A DNA stretch of 64,000 bases from Basidiobolus meristosporus CBS 931.73 (lineage: Eukaryota > Fungi > Basidiobolomycota). Both the position numbers and the translations under genes were made by a program. Location of the stretch: assembly GCA_002104905.1 (NCBI GenBank), contig MCFE01000172.1, positions 79,667 to 143,666 on the forward strand. Direction: 5' to 3'. Of this stretch, positions 1 through 11,558 are shown one piece after another (positions within the stretch are counted from its first letter, which is position 1; each line of letters opens with the position of its first letter). Under the pieces are notes generated by a model, which was given only the letters and a program-made list of their open reading frames with translations, ran no database searches and was not told the origin of the DNA.

Positions 1-352
1 GTGTAGAGTGGCCTCAATTTTTGGAAGCCGCTGAAGTGGCTTAAATTTAAAATCAAAGGCAGCGTTTGTAGGATATATGAATGATAGTAAGAAGTTGCAA
101 GGACACCAACAAACTTCTCCGAAGTCAGATCAATTCACCTGGCTAATTTCCCAAAATTTGGACTGATGTGAATGAAAACCGCTTTTCGGTGTTTTACTTT
201 ATTTCAGTGAATATATTCTATGAGTACTTACAAAATTGTCGGCTCCAAAGAAGAACGGATGGTCGGTGGGAAAAAACTAATAGAGCAGAATGAAGGGTAC
301 ATAAGAAACTGGGATGCGTTTGATCCTATGTAGCGGCGCTCATGGGTTGAGG

Positions 353-3300
353 TTAGTTTTGGAGATGGAGGCTGCTTAGTGCAGTTCCTCTGGCCACCTC
401 TGACATCACTTTGGTTAGGTTGTCTTTGTGGCATGGTTTGGTTAAGCACATGTCCATTCCAGCAGCTAGACATTCCTCCTTGGTCTTCGACTGGGCGTCT
501 GCAGTTAACGCAACAACCGGAATCCTACGCGGCAGAAGGTTTTCTTTTTCAAAATTACGGATCCTACGAGTGGCCTCGTATCCGTCACAGAGCGGCATCA
601 TCTTATCCATAAATATACATGCAAATCCGTTGGGCTTATCTTTGTAGGCGTCCACAACCTCCAGCCCATTATTAGTTACAGTCACATCGTAGCCCATTTT
701 CTCCAGCATCCGAGTAATCAGCCGCTGTGCTACAAGATTGTCTTCAGCAACCAAAACGTGCATCCCCTTGCTACCCTTTTCGTTGGCCGATCCATTCTTC
801 GATCTGGAGCCCTTGTCCGCAAGGGAAATCTTGGCTTTTTTCCGGGGTGTATGGCTGGGACTAACTGCCGTAGCGGTGGTGGCGGTAGCAACCGCGGGTA
901 GGGAAAGTGGAACGACGGGAGGCGGGGCGGCTGTAGAAGTTTCGTCTACATAGTCAAGGTCGAACATCTCCATGACGCTCCTCAACAACTTAATTCTTCT
1001 TACCGGCTTTGTGATACGCCGGATTTTGGCTTGTCGTGAGCCAGGGAGCTCGTATTCGTCAACTTTCACGGATGATGGATAGGTCAATATCATGATTCTA
1101 AGGTCACGGATTAGATCCCAGCTGTCGGTTTCGGTAAGCTTCTCCCAAAGCTCGTTATCAACTATTGAGTCCAAGATCATTACATCGAAAGGTTGACCTT
1201 CGGCTGCCGCGCTTTTTATCTTATCCAGAGTCTCCTGCGTGCTCACACAGGTAACACAATAGAATGGAGTAAGGTAGTTAGCAATCATCGTGTTGATACA
1301 CTGGTGGGAGTTGATCAAGAATTTAGGGTTCTCCTTAAAAGTACGGATCTGTGTGGTGAGAAGTTCGACCTCGGGAGCGCTCTTAATCGATGGCACAGAT
1401 AACGACTCTTTCTTCAATGTCGCTGTGAACCAGAAGTTAGATCCCTTCTCCTTCTGACTAATCACACCAATCCGGCCCAGCATCAATTTGACAAGTTGAG
1501 AGCAAATGGACAGTCCTAGGCCCGTTCCACCATACAATCGCGTGGTACTTCCGTCTACCTGGGAGAACGGTTGGAACAAATAGGCTTGTTCTTCAATGGT
1601 CATACCGATGCCCGTGTCCTCCACCTCTATCTTCAGAACGATGTCTTCATCACTTGGCGATTCTTGAATGATATGGCACCGCACTACGATGTATCCTTTA
1701 TGCGTGAACTTGATTGCATTCCCCAACAGATTAAGTAAGATCTGTCTTAGCCGGTTCCCATCACCAATTAATATATTGGAGATATTCGGATCGACGTAGA
1801 ATGCCACTTCAAGATTCTTCTTACTGACCAAGGTGATCAGAAGCTCGCACACGTCTCCCAAGAGATTTTCTATATTGAATGGTAACATCTCTAGTTCTAC
1901 CTTACCTGCTTCAAGCTTTGAAAAATTCAACAGGTCGTCTACCACTTGCATCAATACATCGCACGATTGTTTGCACATTTCAATGTATTCCAATTGCTCC
2001 GCATTCAGTGGAGTATCCAGGAGGAGTGAGAGCATACCCATCACTCCAGAGAAGGGTGTGCGTAATTCGTGAGACATATTAGCCAAAAAGTTGGATTTGA
2101 GACGTTGTTGTTGCTTCTGCTCGTCAATATCAGTACACATGCCGAACCATTTAATTGGCGTACCACTAGAATCCTTGAGCGGCATGGCTCTGATAATGAA
2201 CCAGCGATAAGCTCCACTGGCTCCCCGGATTCGGCATTCACATTCTAGCGTGAGGCCCTTTTGCAGACATACGGAATATTGCTGCTGGTGAATCTTCAAG
2301 TCGTCCTGGTGGATGCAGCTGGTCCATTTTGAGGTGGTTGCTTCTTCAAAGCTTTGCCCAGTATAGTTGCACCATGATGAGTTAACATAGTCAATGGTAC
2401 CATCAGGATGGGCCGTGAACACTTGACATGGGATACATTCCAATAATAGCGAGTAACGTCGTTTACCATCCTCAACGTGGTAGAGCGCTTGTTTATGGCC
2501 GTTAATGTCCATCCACATGCTATACCAAGTATATTTGCCATACTCGTCGCGTACGCAGACGTGCCGACCTAAGACCCATCTGTATTTTCCATCTCGTGAG
2601 AGCATTCGGAACTCCAGGTCACAGGGCTGTAGCTTACGAATAGACGATCTCCACTTGCTCATCATAGAATCTATGTCTTCTGGATGTATGAACTGGGACC
2701 AACCCCATTCCAAGAACTGACGTGAAGTAACACCAGTGAACTCCTCAATTTTGTCGTTTACAAACCAGCTGGATCCATCCCTATCGCCAATCCACACGAC
2801 ACACGGCAATGCGTTTACAAGAGTCAAGTAATGTTTCTTGGCCTGCTCTGTATCTCGCAGTTTGATTTGGATAGAGCGTAGAAGGGAAGCATTCACGAAA
2901 CACAGTGCGATATGCTTGCACAGCAGCTGCATTTTCTGTAGGTTGTATTCCGCAACATCAGTATTTTCTATGTATAATGCACCGACCAGGTTGTTCTTAT
3001 GAATCAGCGGAAAGACTACTGCATTGAATCTGCCACCTATCGAGTTTCTCGTAATGTATTCCTGATCCTTTTTGGAGATGCTCTCTGGAAGTTCGTTGAG
3101 CATGTAGTCGAAGAACTCTACTGATTTGCTTGCAAGTGCCTTGTCCACAAGTGAAGCGCATACAAAGTTTACATCGTTGTATGGAATGGTGGGGCTTAGC
3201 ACGAAAGAACCTTCGTCATGAGCCCATTTAGCAGTAACGGATAATTTCCCTTCATCAAATAGAATCAGACTCCCAGAGTAGATGGGGACATAGTGTAGCG

Positions 3301-6300
3301 TTTGTTTGAGGATCTGTTGGATCAAGGCTTCATACTCCAACTCCGAAGATATTTGCTGGAGCGTCTCAACAAACTCGACCATCATCTTATCCGCTGGTAG
3401 AGTGTTATCCAAGGATGGTGTAACTTCAGGTTCGGTAGAGGTCGATGTGGAGGTAAGCTGTGTGGCAATGCTATTGCCGTGTGAATCATCTGTTTGGCAC
3501 GCTACAGATGCAGTACAGACAATACCGGAAAGAGCTGGCAAGCTAGATATCCAATTGTCTTGCATACGTTGCAGCTGTTGAGCCTTCTCGTAGGCACCCC
3601 ATCGACTATATGTTTTGATGGACTGGTCCAGAACTGTCATTCCAACCGTAACATATCCTCTTCGGAATAAAAATTCTGCATAAAGTTCGTAAGCAAGTGC
3701 CTCGTAATGGACCAGTTTCAACCGACGTGACTGTTGTGCTGCTTGTTCGTAAAAGTCCATCGCTTTGATAGAATCCCCTTTTAACGCAGCCAGCTCTGCG
3801 TCTACAATTAGGAAGAGAGCAGTATGTGCACCATACACTTGGCCAAGTATCCATTTTTCGGTAATCTTCTGGTTCTCTAGGATGGTTTCTAGAGCTTCTG
3901 CTACCTGGCTATCATTAAGCTGCCCTTTACGGATCAAGGCGGCGAGGGTGAGGGAATGAAGACAGACAGCCCATTTCCGGAAGTTGTCAATGGCAACTGT
4001 ACTATCAGGGAGTTCTTTGCTTCGTCGAACTGCGTCTAATGCCTCCTGGTAATAACCCAAGAAATAGAATGCGATCACTCGGGTTCTCAGATGCCATATG
4101 AGCGAGTGGTTAAACCTGGGCTCGCTGATCATAACGTGGAGAAGATTCTCTTCAAAGAATTGACCGTCGTCGAAGATTAGGTTCACTGAGCCACGAATGC
4201 ATTTCCCTTGCAATGCTAGCACAAGTCTAGAAATGCTAGTAATAGCATATGTCAAGTTGTTGTCTGGGTGCAGTTTGAGCAACTCTAAGCTGCTTGCTTT
4301 AGCATCCTTCAAAACGTCGCAAAGTGGGAATCCTAAAAAGAACTTATTGATGGCAGCCATGCCAGAGGATAACGCTGAAATTTTCATATTGCCAGCGGCA
4401 ACTGCCAACTCTTGTGATTGTCTCAAGAAGGTCAGTCCATGGTAGGGATCATTCTTCATGTGGTTTGTATATGTTGCAAAGAGCATATATACTTTGGCTT
4501 TGATATCTGGCCCTGCGAATTTCTTGGCCACACGAAGTCCGAACTCTCCACATTCGTAGGCGAACTCTCCCTTCTCAAACATCTGTGCATAATGTGCACC
4601 AAAGTAAGTGAAAGCCTCACAGGAATGCGCACTAAGTCCATGTTTCAACGTCAATTTGATCATAATAGCAGTGATAACTATATGCAAATGACGAAGCCAG
4701 AAGATATACGGTGAATGAAGGGTTGGCGTCAAGAAATCCATTAAGATCAACACCTGTGGTTGGTCACACCATTTAAGGCGCTCCTCCAACGTCTTGATGT
4801 TGGCTAAGAGAGGCTCATTCTCGACTTCCTCCACAATAGTGTTCACCTCAGCCTCCGAAGGATGCTTGTTAACCTCAAAGCCAAACTCGTGCAAGCATTT
4901 TAAAATTGTCTGTATGGCCTCCTCGAATTGATTGGTGGACATCTGTACTTCATAAATATGTGTATATACTTGACACTTATGAATCAGAGTCTTCGCCTCC
5001 GACAATAATTGATTTAGCATCTTGGAAGCTTCTCCGAACTCCTGGCAAACGCTAAGCATTTCCGCGCATTCGAGCATTAGTGAAAATGACTCCTCATATG
5101 AGCAATCGATTCTTTCACTCAGGGAAGAAGGATCCAGCAAGGTAATGGCTTTCTGATAGTAAATAAGCGAGTTCTCTAGTGCGCCAAGAGCTTTAGCTTT
5201 GGCACCGGCAGCGGCCAAACACCTTCTATAATCGGAACGATCCTCAAGCTGATTGATAAGGTTGAGCGCCTGTGTAAAATGATCCGCAATCTGGAAGACA
5301 TTGATATCGTTTTGCTTCAGTAACAACTGTCCAATATTTAGGTGAAGTCGGCTTTTGGTGTCCTTATCCAATAGCTCACGAGAGGCTTCTTGAATGATGT
5401 CGTGCAAGAAGTAATACCAGTCTTCTCCAGGAAAGTATCTAATAAACCCTTCATCGATAGCAATTTGCAGTAGCTCCTGGGTGGGAAACGGCGGTTGGAG
5501 CAGGGAGTGCAATAAGTGAGCTCCAAATGTGTGACCAATAGTACCGGCATAAGCCAACAACGTTTGTAGATCTTTCTTGATATTGCGAAGGCAACGAACC
5601 AGCAAATTAAAATCGATGACGTTGACGATCTTGCTGGCAATATCATCTAACTTCCAGTCCCAGCGCTTAGTGTCGTAGTTGAATTGGATACGTTTCTCAC
5701 GGTACAGGGCAATAAGTATTTGCGATAAAGCAAATGGATTCCCTTTGGCAGTAGCACAGCAAGCTACTAAAGAATCGATAGAATCCACTTCTTGAGAGAC
5801 GGTGTCTGCAATGAACTTTCGGACGTCCAACTCGCGCAAAGGAGCTAATGGAATCTCGGTCACTTTGACATCGTGATTAATCAATTCTTGAATCCATTTA
5901 TTTTCTCTATCAGCCTCTCGCCTAGCTGCGATCACTAATAGTCGTCCACAGTTGTTCTTCATCAGATATGAAAATAGGCTTAGCGTTGCTCGACTGGCAC
6001 ACTCCAATTTGTCCAGGAAACACGTCAATGTGATATCAAGGTTGGTGATTGCTCGAACCAGACTAAGGTAAGTAGTACAGAACCGCATATGTGACTGAGC
6101 AGGTGGAAGCGGCTCTACTGGAGGGTGGTGCGTACCCACTACCATTTTCAGCTCGGGAATATCGTCCAATAGTATACTAACGTTGTTAGGGATTTGGGTC
6201 ATAATGGAGATTCTCAGTTTCTGAAGCTCCTCGTCGGAACATTTGATGATTTCCTTGATGGTGCTTCGCAGGCATTGTGTGATCGCACCAAGGGGATAAT

Positions 6301-7504
6301 GGCGCTTACACCTGCAAGATACAAAGATACCATGTTTCCAGGCCTTGTGTAAAATGGAGTTGACAAGCGCGGTTTTTCCGATTCCAGCCTCACCAGTAAT
6401 GACAACCAGCTCTGAAGTTTGACGCTTCTCGTACACTTGATGGCACATCCTCTCGAGAATCGTACTCAACTGTGCTCGCTCCGCTTCACGTCCGTAAAGC
6501 TCATTTGGAAGCTGTAGGGAAGGTGGAAAATCACTTTTACCTAATTCAATTTGGGTGTTTTGCCAACTTTCAAGGCTATCCGAAGATAAGACAAGTGATT
6601 GAACCGCTATGAAATCCGCTTTGAGTCCCGTTACACTTTTATATGAAGTTTTAGGTGACTGTGTAAGGAATAATAAGTCAGAACCACGTCCACATTCATT
6701 TAAACGGATAGTACTAACCAGAAGTTTAACAAATATATCAGTTAACATGGTAGGATATTTACGAGACTCTACAAAATCTTGAATGATTCTTTTTGAGAAG
6801 AGCATTGTGTTTTCGGCCATGGGAGTCTTCTCTGTCAATGCCTTGTATAGAGAGGAGCCTTCACAAGATTGTATAACCAAGTTAGAATTAAAAGGAACAA
6901 AGTTAAAGAGATGCCAAATCAACCAAAGAAACATACCCAGATCTAGGATATCGGTATTACAATCGAGAAGGCCTTTATGGGAGGAAAAACTTTTTACCCT
7001 ATCTAGCACCGTAGATGTAATATGCATCTCGCTCTGTATGGAGCTAGTTTGAGCGTGGCAGAACCCGGACATCTTCATGGTCTTGGTTGACTCGTCCCAA
7101 AAGAAGCTCTTACTGCTAATACTTCCATGAACTATTCCAAGAGAGTGAATCTTCTCCAGGCACTCACAGCAATGTATGGCTAGCTCTAGAAAGTCTTGTA
7201 GCGTTTTCGGATGATATGTTTCTAGAGGGATCCCAGATTTCTCGATAACGGCTACACTCTCACTGTCTTCTGTCTGAACAATCTCTATCAATCTCGGGAG
7301 TAGATTAGGTCCAAAAGCGTTCTCAATAAGTTCTGAGAAATATCGGTCCCTCTTAAGCTTTTCCTTGGACGAAAAAGCCTTTACCCACACAACATCCTGT
7401 GTGCTGTTGCTTCGCGCCTCATAAAGAATGGAGTTGGTATTGTGCGATAGTTCTTCTTGCAGAGTGTAACCAGGAATATCATCCAGCTCAAAATCCCAAT
7501 CCAT
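353..7504 (-). CDS. Hybrid histidine kinase with N-terminal Ser/Thr kinase-like domain, AAA ATPase, GAF, two PAS/PAC domains, HisKA/HATPase and C-terminal receiver (Chk1/Mak2-3-like architecture)
   Basis: 2404-aa ORF. Walker A GEAGIGKT, H-box FLANMSHELRTP, N-box LRQILLNLLGNAIKFT, G boxes DTGIG and GGTGLGL, receiver VLVAEDN..FMDKMMPLCDG..ALTA. Likely ATG at 7504 (MDWDFELDD). Two probable in-frame introns at 6859-6936 and 6659-6718. Confidence 0.93.
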   Translation of the reverse strand: MDWDFELDDIPGYTLQEELSHNTNSILYEARSNSTQDVVWVKAFSSKEKLKRDRYFSELIENAFGPNLLPRLIEIVQTEDSESVAVIEKSGIPLETYHPKTLQDFLELAIHCCECLEKIHSLGIVHGSISSKSFFWDESTKTMKMSGFCHAQTSSIQSEMHITSTVLDRVKSFSSHKGLLDCNTDILDLGMFLWLIWHLFNFVPFNSNLVIQSCEGSSLYKALTEKTPMAENTMLFSKRIIQDFVESRKYPTMLTDIFVKLLVSTIRLNECGRGSDLLFLTQSPKTSYKSVTGLKADFIAVQSLVLSSDSLESWQNTQIELGKSDFPPSLQLPNELYGREAERAQLSTILERMCHQVYEKRQTSELVVITGEAGIGKTALVNSILHKAWKHGIFVSCRCKRHYPLGAITQCLRSTIKEIIKCSDEELQKLRISIMTQIPNNVSILLDDIPELKMVVGTHHPPVEPLPPAQSHMRFCTTYLSLVRAITNLDITLTCFLDKLECASRATLSLFSYLMKNNCGRLLVIAARREADRENKWIQELINHDVKVTEIPLAPLRELDVRKFIADTVSQEVDSIDSLVACCATAKGNPFALSQILIALYREKRIQFNYDTKRWDWKLDDIASKIVNVIDFNLLVRCLRNIKKDLQTLLAYAGTIGHTFGAHLLHSLLQPPFPTQELLQIAIDEGFIRYFPGEDWYYFLHDIIQEASRELLDKDTKSRLHLNIGQLLLKQNDINVFQIADHFTQALNLINQLEDRSDYRRCLAAAGAKAKALGALENSLIYYQKAITLLDPSSLSERIDCSYEESFSLMLECAEMLSVCQEFGEASKMLNQLLSEAKTLIHKCQVYTHIYEVQMSTNQFEEAIQTILKCLHEFGFEVNKHPSEAEVNTIVEEVENEPLLANIKTLEERLKWCDQPQVLILMDFLTPTLHSPYIFWLRHLHIVITAIMIKLTLKHGLSAHSCEAFTYFGAHYAQMFEKGEFAYECGEFGLRVAKKFAGPDIKAKVYMLFATYTNHMKNDPYHGLTFLRQSQELAVAAGNMKISALSSGMAAINKFFLGFPLCDVLKDAKASSLELLKLHPDNNLTYAITSISRLVLALQGKCIRGSVNLIFDDGQFFEENLLHVMISEPRFNHSLIWHLRTRVIAFYFLGYYQEALDAVRRSKELPDSTVAIDNFRKWAVCLHSLTLAALIRKGQLNDSQVAEALETILENQKITEKWILGQVYGAHTALFLIVDAELAALKGDSIKAMDFYEQAAQQSRRLKLVHYEALAYELYAEFLFRRGYVTVGMTVLDQSIKTYSRWGAYEKAQQLQRMQDNWISSLPALSGIVCTASVACQTDDSHGNSIATQLTSTSTSTEPEVTPSLDNTLPADKMMVEFVETLQQISSELEYEALIQQILKQTLHYVPIYSGSLILFDEGKLSVTAKWAHDEGSFVLSPTIPYNDVNFVCASLVDKALASKSVEFFDYMLNELPESISKKDQEYITRNSIGGRFNAVVFPLIHKNNLVGALYIENTDVAEYNLQKMQLLCKHIALCFVNASLLRSIQIKLRDTEQAKKHYLTLVNALPCVVWIGDRDGSSWFVNDKIEEFTGVTSRQFLEWGWSQFIHPEDIDSMMSKWRSSIRKLQPCDLEFRMLSRDGKYRWVLGRHVCVRDEYGKYTWYSMWMDINGHKQALYHVEDGKRRYSLLLECIPCQVFTAHPDGTIDYVNSSWCNYTGQSFEEATTSKWTSCIHQDDLKIHQQQYSVCLQKGLTLECECRIRGASGAYRWFIIRAMPLKDSSGTPIKWFGMCTDIDEQKQQQRLKSNFLANMSHELRTPFSGVMGMLSLLLDTPLNAEQLEYIEMCKQSCDVLMQVVDDLLNFSKLEAGKVELEMLPFNIENLLGDVCELLITLVSKKNLEVAFYVDPNISNILIGDGNRLRQILLNLLGNAIKFTHKGYIVVRCHIIQESPSDEDIVLKIEVEDTGIGMTIEEQAYLFQPFSQVDGSTTRLYGGTGLGLSICSQLVKLMLGRIGVISQKEKGSNFWFTATLKKESLSVPSIKSAPEVELLTTQIRTFKENPKFLINSHQCINTMIANYLTPFYCVTCVSTQETLDKIKSAAAEGQPFDVMILDSIVDNELWEKLTETDSWDLIRDLRIMILTYPSSVKVDEYELPGSRQAKIRRITKPVRRIKLLRSVMEMFDLDYVDETSTAAPPPVVPLSLPAVATATTATAVSPSHTPRKKAKISLADKGSRSKNGSANEKGSKGMHVLVAEDNLVAQRLITRMLEKMGYDVTVTNNGLEVVDAYKDKPNGFACIFMDKMMPLCDGYEATRRIRNFEKENLLPRRIPVVALTADAQSKTKEECLAAGMDMCLTKPCHKDNLTKVMSEVARGTALSSLHLQN

Positions 7505-8517
7505 ATTGATCAGGAAAGATGTTCGGTGTATAAGGTGACGTCTATAAACTATATAAATTACCGTCAACAGGAAAAGGTATCCTGCCTATACGATAAAACG
7601 ATGAGGAATGGAGATGTCAAAACCAAAGTAGAATGGTTACACAGCCTCTATGTTGTGTTGTAACAAGAGTTGGGTGATGAAGTACTTTGATGTTTGTAAA
7701 GTGTATTTCACAAAAGACGAGTAGATTAGGTACTTCGAAATAATGAATGAACGAAACCAAATTAAAAGGAACACATTCTTTGAAGTTTGCTATTATTTAA
7801 ATAATTTTCTGTGCTAAAATATTCAGGATAACACGGTCGAGGAAATCAGATTTTTTGGATCAGTAATAATTTGAATACATGAAATGGAAAATGCTTGCCG
7901 GCACTAGCTGAAGTAAATTTTAGTCACCAACGAGGTCAACCATCAGTGTACACGATCAACTTCGAAGCTAACAAACAGACTACAAAGGGCACCTCCATGT
8001 GTACTACCGATTATGTTGCCAGTGGTGTCAAATTGCCCTTTATTTGCGCAGCCATTTTACGCTGCACCAACCTACATTCCCATCTCAGCTAGTCACAAAC
8101 AATGTTTTTGGCTCCTCATACTACCAATGTCTTACATAGAAGTTGAGGCTTTGATGTACTAACAAACCAAAAATAGCCACTAAAGATTCCTAAGATTGAA
8201 AACCTAATACACCAATTCGGTAGGAGAGCTATCATGATTGGCTTAAAGGGCAGGTTTCTGTTGCGCAATGAGGTTGCACACTCACTCATAAACCCAATTT
8301 CCAGCACCTTCTACTGGGCCCATTAATGGTGTTATGAATTGGCCCGCTTATAAATATAATACAATAATTTTCTCTCAATAATAAGACAGGAAGTTAATCA
8401 ATTTCTTAGCAAGATGAATAAGCATAGGTTCCCACAATCACATGTAACTCGGTTTTCCTTAAACAGCGCATTTGGGCAGTTGCCTTCTCATTTAATTACA
8501 TTAAACCAAGTGGAACT

Positions 8518-9208
8518 ATGAGTATCAATGCCATATTCGAGGCCATGAAAGAGAAGGAAGGTGACAACTTTTCACACTTGTACGAAGTTCTAGGTTGCGA
8601 CATGAGTAGCACAGTAAGTAAAGAGCATGAATCTCACTATCATCAGTTTTCTGAGTAGAATTAATTTCTCAACCCTACCCTACTACAAATCATAAAGAGC
8701 TCTTATTCTACTTTTTAAACCAAGCAAGAGCAAATCGCAACAGAGTATAAGAAGCGGGCATTAAATCAGCACCCAGATAAAAATCCGAACGGGGGTAAGC
8801 AACTTAGCGGAGCTATTCAATGTTGATGTCTACTTAGCTCCCTATTCTAAATGACACCATAGAATTGGAGTTCGTTCAGCTTAATCGAGCTTACGAAGTA
8901 TTACGAGATCCACAGAGTCGAGAGAAGTATGACGCCTGGAGGGTTAGTGGAATTCAGATACCTTATCCAAAGTGGTTAACCTTAAGCGAACATGGTCAAG
9001 TAAGCAAAATCTACTCTACAAAGGTCGTATTGCCTAGTTCACCAAATCCAATTGCATAATATAGTCGTTACATTGGAGGAATACCCCCAGATTAAGTACC
9101 ATCACTGATAGTGAACCACCAAGTCTAGTGACATCGAGCTTCAACAAACCCACATATGGTGATGAATCAGACGATATATATGCAAAGTTTAGAAATTACC
9201 AAATCTAA
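8518..9208 (+). CDS. Small J-domain co-chaperone, DNAJC12/JDP1-like (spliced)
   Basis: Spliced reading LYEVLGCDMSST..EQIATEYKKRALNQHPDKNP..FVQLNRAYEVLRDPQSREKYDAWRVSGIQIPYPKW..LHW. HPD motif present; GT-AG introns; TAA at 9206-9208. Confidence 0.8.
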
Positions 9209-9568
9209 GCTTTTCTTGCCAATAAAAGGCTATCAATGCAGTGTCTTGCAGTGATTGCATGCTTGTAGACTCACTTGGTTAGAGAATTGATCAGTCAATA
9301 TAGCAGTTGCCACTACCCATATATTTCTACAATTGAGTAAACACAAGTTGATTTACAGTGATTGTCGGATTTTGGGGGCAGCTCTGTCGATGTCACAGGT
9401 ATATCATCAAAAATGAAATCATCAATGATCAATGACTATGCAGTAAAGCTTGATGTAATTCTATTGTAAATATAATATGTTACCCAGGGTAGCCACGTCA
9501 AGTATTTTTACATTTTAAGTGTGGGTCCAAAAATTGTTACATACTACCTTACTTTACTCCTGAACAAT

Positions 9569-10057
9569 ATGCGTGTCGTAACTAGAACTGAAGGTGAAGA
9601 AGTCACTGGCTCTGCCATGACCAGGTAAGGTTCAACATTGTCTTCCTTGTTGACTGTTTAATGACGACTGGTTTCCGGAAACTGACCCTTCATTACCGTC
9701 TCCAGGGGATTCTTCGGTGCCCTTAAGTATGCATCTGTAGCCACCTTTGTCGGTATTTTTGCCAATGCAACTTGGCCTTACTTCAACCGACTACCTACTG
9801 TGCAGAAAGTACTCCTGCTCACTTGAACATTGATCCAGTAAGCCTCACTAACCTGGAATCTTTAGGGATGGCTATTAACCGCCATCACATTGGCAGGCTT
9901 TGCCAATGGCTCCGAAGCCGCTTTAACCGGTTTCGAGAGAAAAAATCGCTCCCAGCAAATCCAGGAGGCCAACCGCAAACGCTACGAGGCCTTGTACGGA
10001 AATGTAGATCAACCAGAAACAACAACAGTAAGCAACGGTCCAGAACCCTCACAATAG
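9569..10057 (+). CDS. Small mitochondrial membrane protein resembling the Rcf2/HIG1-family N-terminal region (~116 aa, 2 introns)
   Basis: Spliced reading MRVVTRTEGEEVTGSAMTRGFFGALKYASVATFVGIFANATWPYFNRLPTVQKGWLLTAITLAGFANGSEAALTGFERK with two hydrophobic segments; canonical introns with CTGAC/CTAAC branch sites. Confidence 0.6.
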
Positions 10058-11558
10058 ATGGAAACTGAGGCCATGGATTCCGGTCTCTGAGTGAAATCCT
10101 GTATAGTGCTTGTTCATTCATATACAGTAAACTAGCGTATCAATTTAAATCACGATCGTGTTGTGTAGTTTGAAGGAAAATTGTTACTATCTAGATTATT
10201 GTTTGAGTGCTATCCAACTGAACAATATAAAGTAATGGGACGCTGTTTATTGAAGAATGTATATATTGTACTCCAAATTAGCGGATGAATCAGTAGAGTC
10301 GATTGTCGACACCACTCCAGAAAGTTTCCCAAGTCTATGTATTATTACTTGGGCGATAGATGCATGAGCAGTGAAAGTTTAGTCTGGGACTGTTTTGGAT
10401 ATAACCAATATGGCCACACAGCCATGGTTTCTGCACTGAAAAGAATATGAATATTACGAGTCCACCAACAAGCCGAAATTGATTTCCAGGGCAGCAAAGC
10501 ATCGGACAATAAATTTACTTTTTGGCTGACCGGTCTTTGAATGCATTCCAAAGAGGATGTGGTTTCTACAGAAGGCAAGTGGTAAACCCAACGTATCAAT
10601 TCACAGTGTGAGGTAGCATTGGGAAATTCGCCTTTGCTGATCTCTTATTGTCCCTAATTAAGAAAGCTAACCTAAAAGAGTATAACTGTAATTAGCTGAT
10701 CAGCCCATCGGTCATAAATAGCATCAATACAAATGTAGTAGAGAAAATCCAATAACGTGAAAATCACCAAATAAAGAAGAGTTGAGATGAGGATCAGGAA
10801 GAGCATATGGCAAGGAGGCAACTGAGCACCTACAGATTTTGCAACCATTTAGACATCCACTTTGTAGACATATGAATTTTGTCATATTTGCATGGATCGT
10901 ATGCTCTCAAATAGGAGTCATTTATACAGTGTAAAGAGGATTGAGATTGATACATGCAAGGTTGATATGACTGACGAAGGTGTTTGACATTCTAGTATGG
11001 GGAGAGGTACATACTGATTGATGGGCATTTGTCTAAGGGATTTTTGACTGACCAATATAACAAAGTACCATGATGTTGAGCGGAATAGCAGCAAGAGCAT
11101 TACGATCCGTCCGACCATTATTAGGGGCGATCGGGAAGGAGATAGATTAAATCAGCACAAGCATGCAGACGCTGGTACTGCCCCAAAGGGATACGTAGTG
11201 GATTAATTATACGCAACATGTACCAACCATAGCGCTAAACCGAAATTTCTTCATGGCGATCCTCTGGGCATTTGTAAAATATAGAGTGATTCCCCTAAAC
11301 GCTGCCTAACGGTTTCACCTTCCATGTCGATGATGTACTTTTGGTGAATATATATAGTGCGATGAGCCTTTTCAAGCCATTGTGAATAGAAAGCATCTTA
11401 TCGTGAGCTCATCTCATCATCATTGCCTCTTTCGTACATATTCCTCTCATAAGCAAGTCTATCTTGGAGCGGAAAATCTACAAAGATTGATCTTCCCACT
11501 AATATATCACTGCCTCATCTTATTTAGTTCACAGTATATTTCTTGACATCTGCTCAGT

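Noticed and set aside
10150-11300. Possible small spliced membrane-protein gene on the minus strand
   Set aside because: Hydrophobic ORF fragments exist but I could not assemble a consistent open spliced frame.
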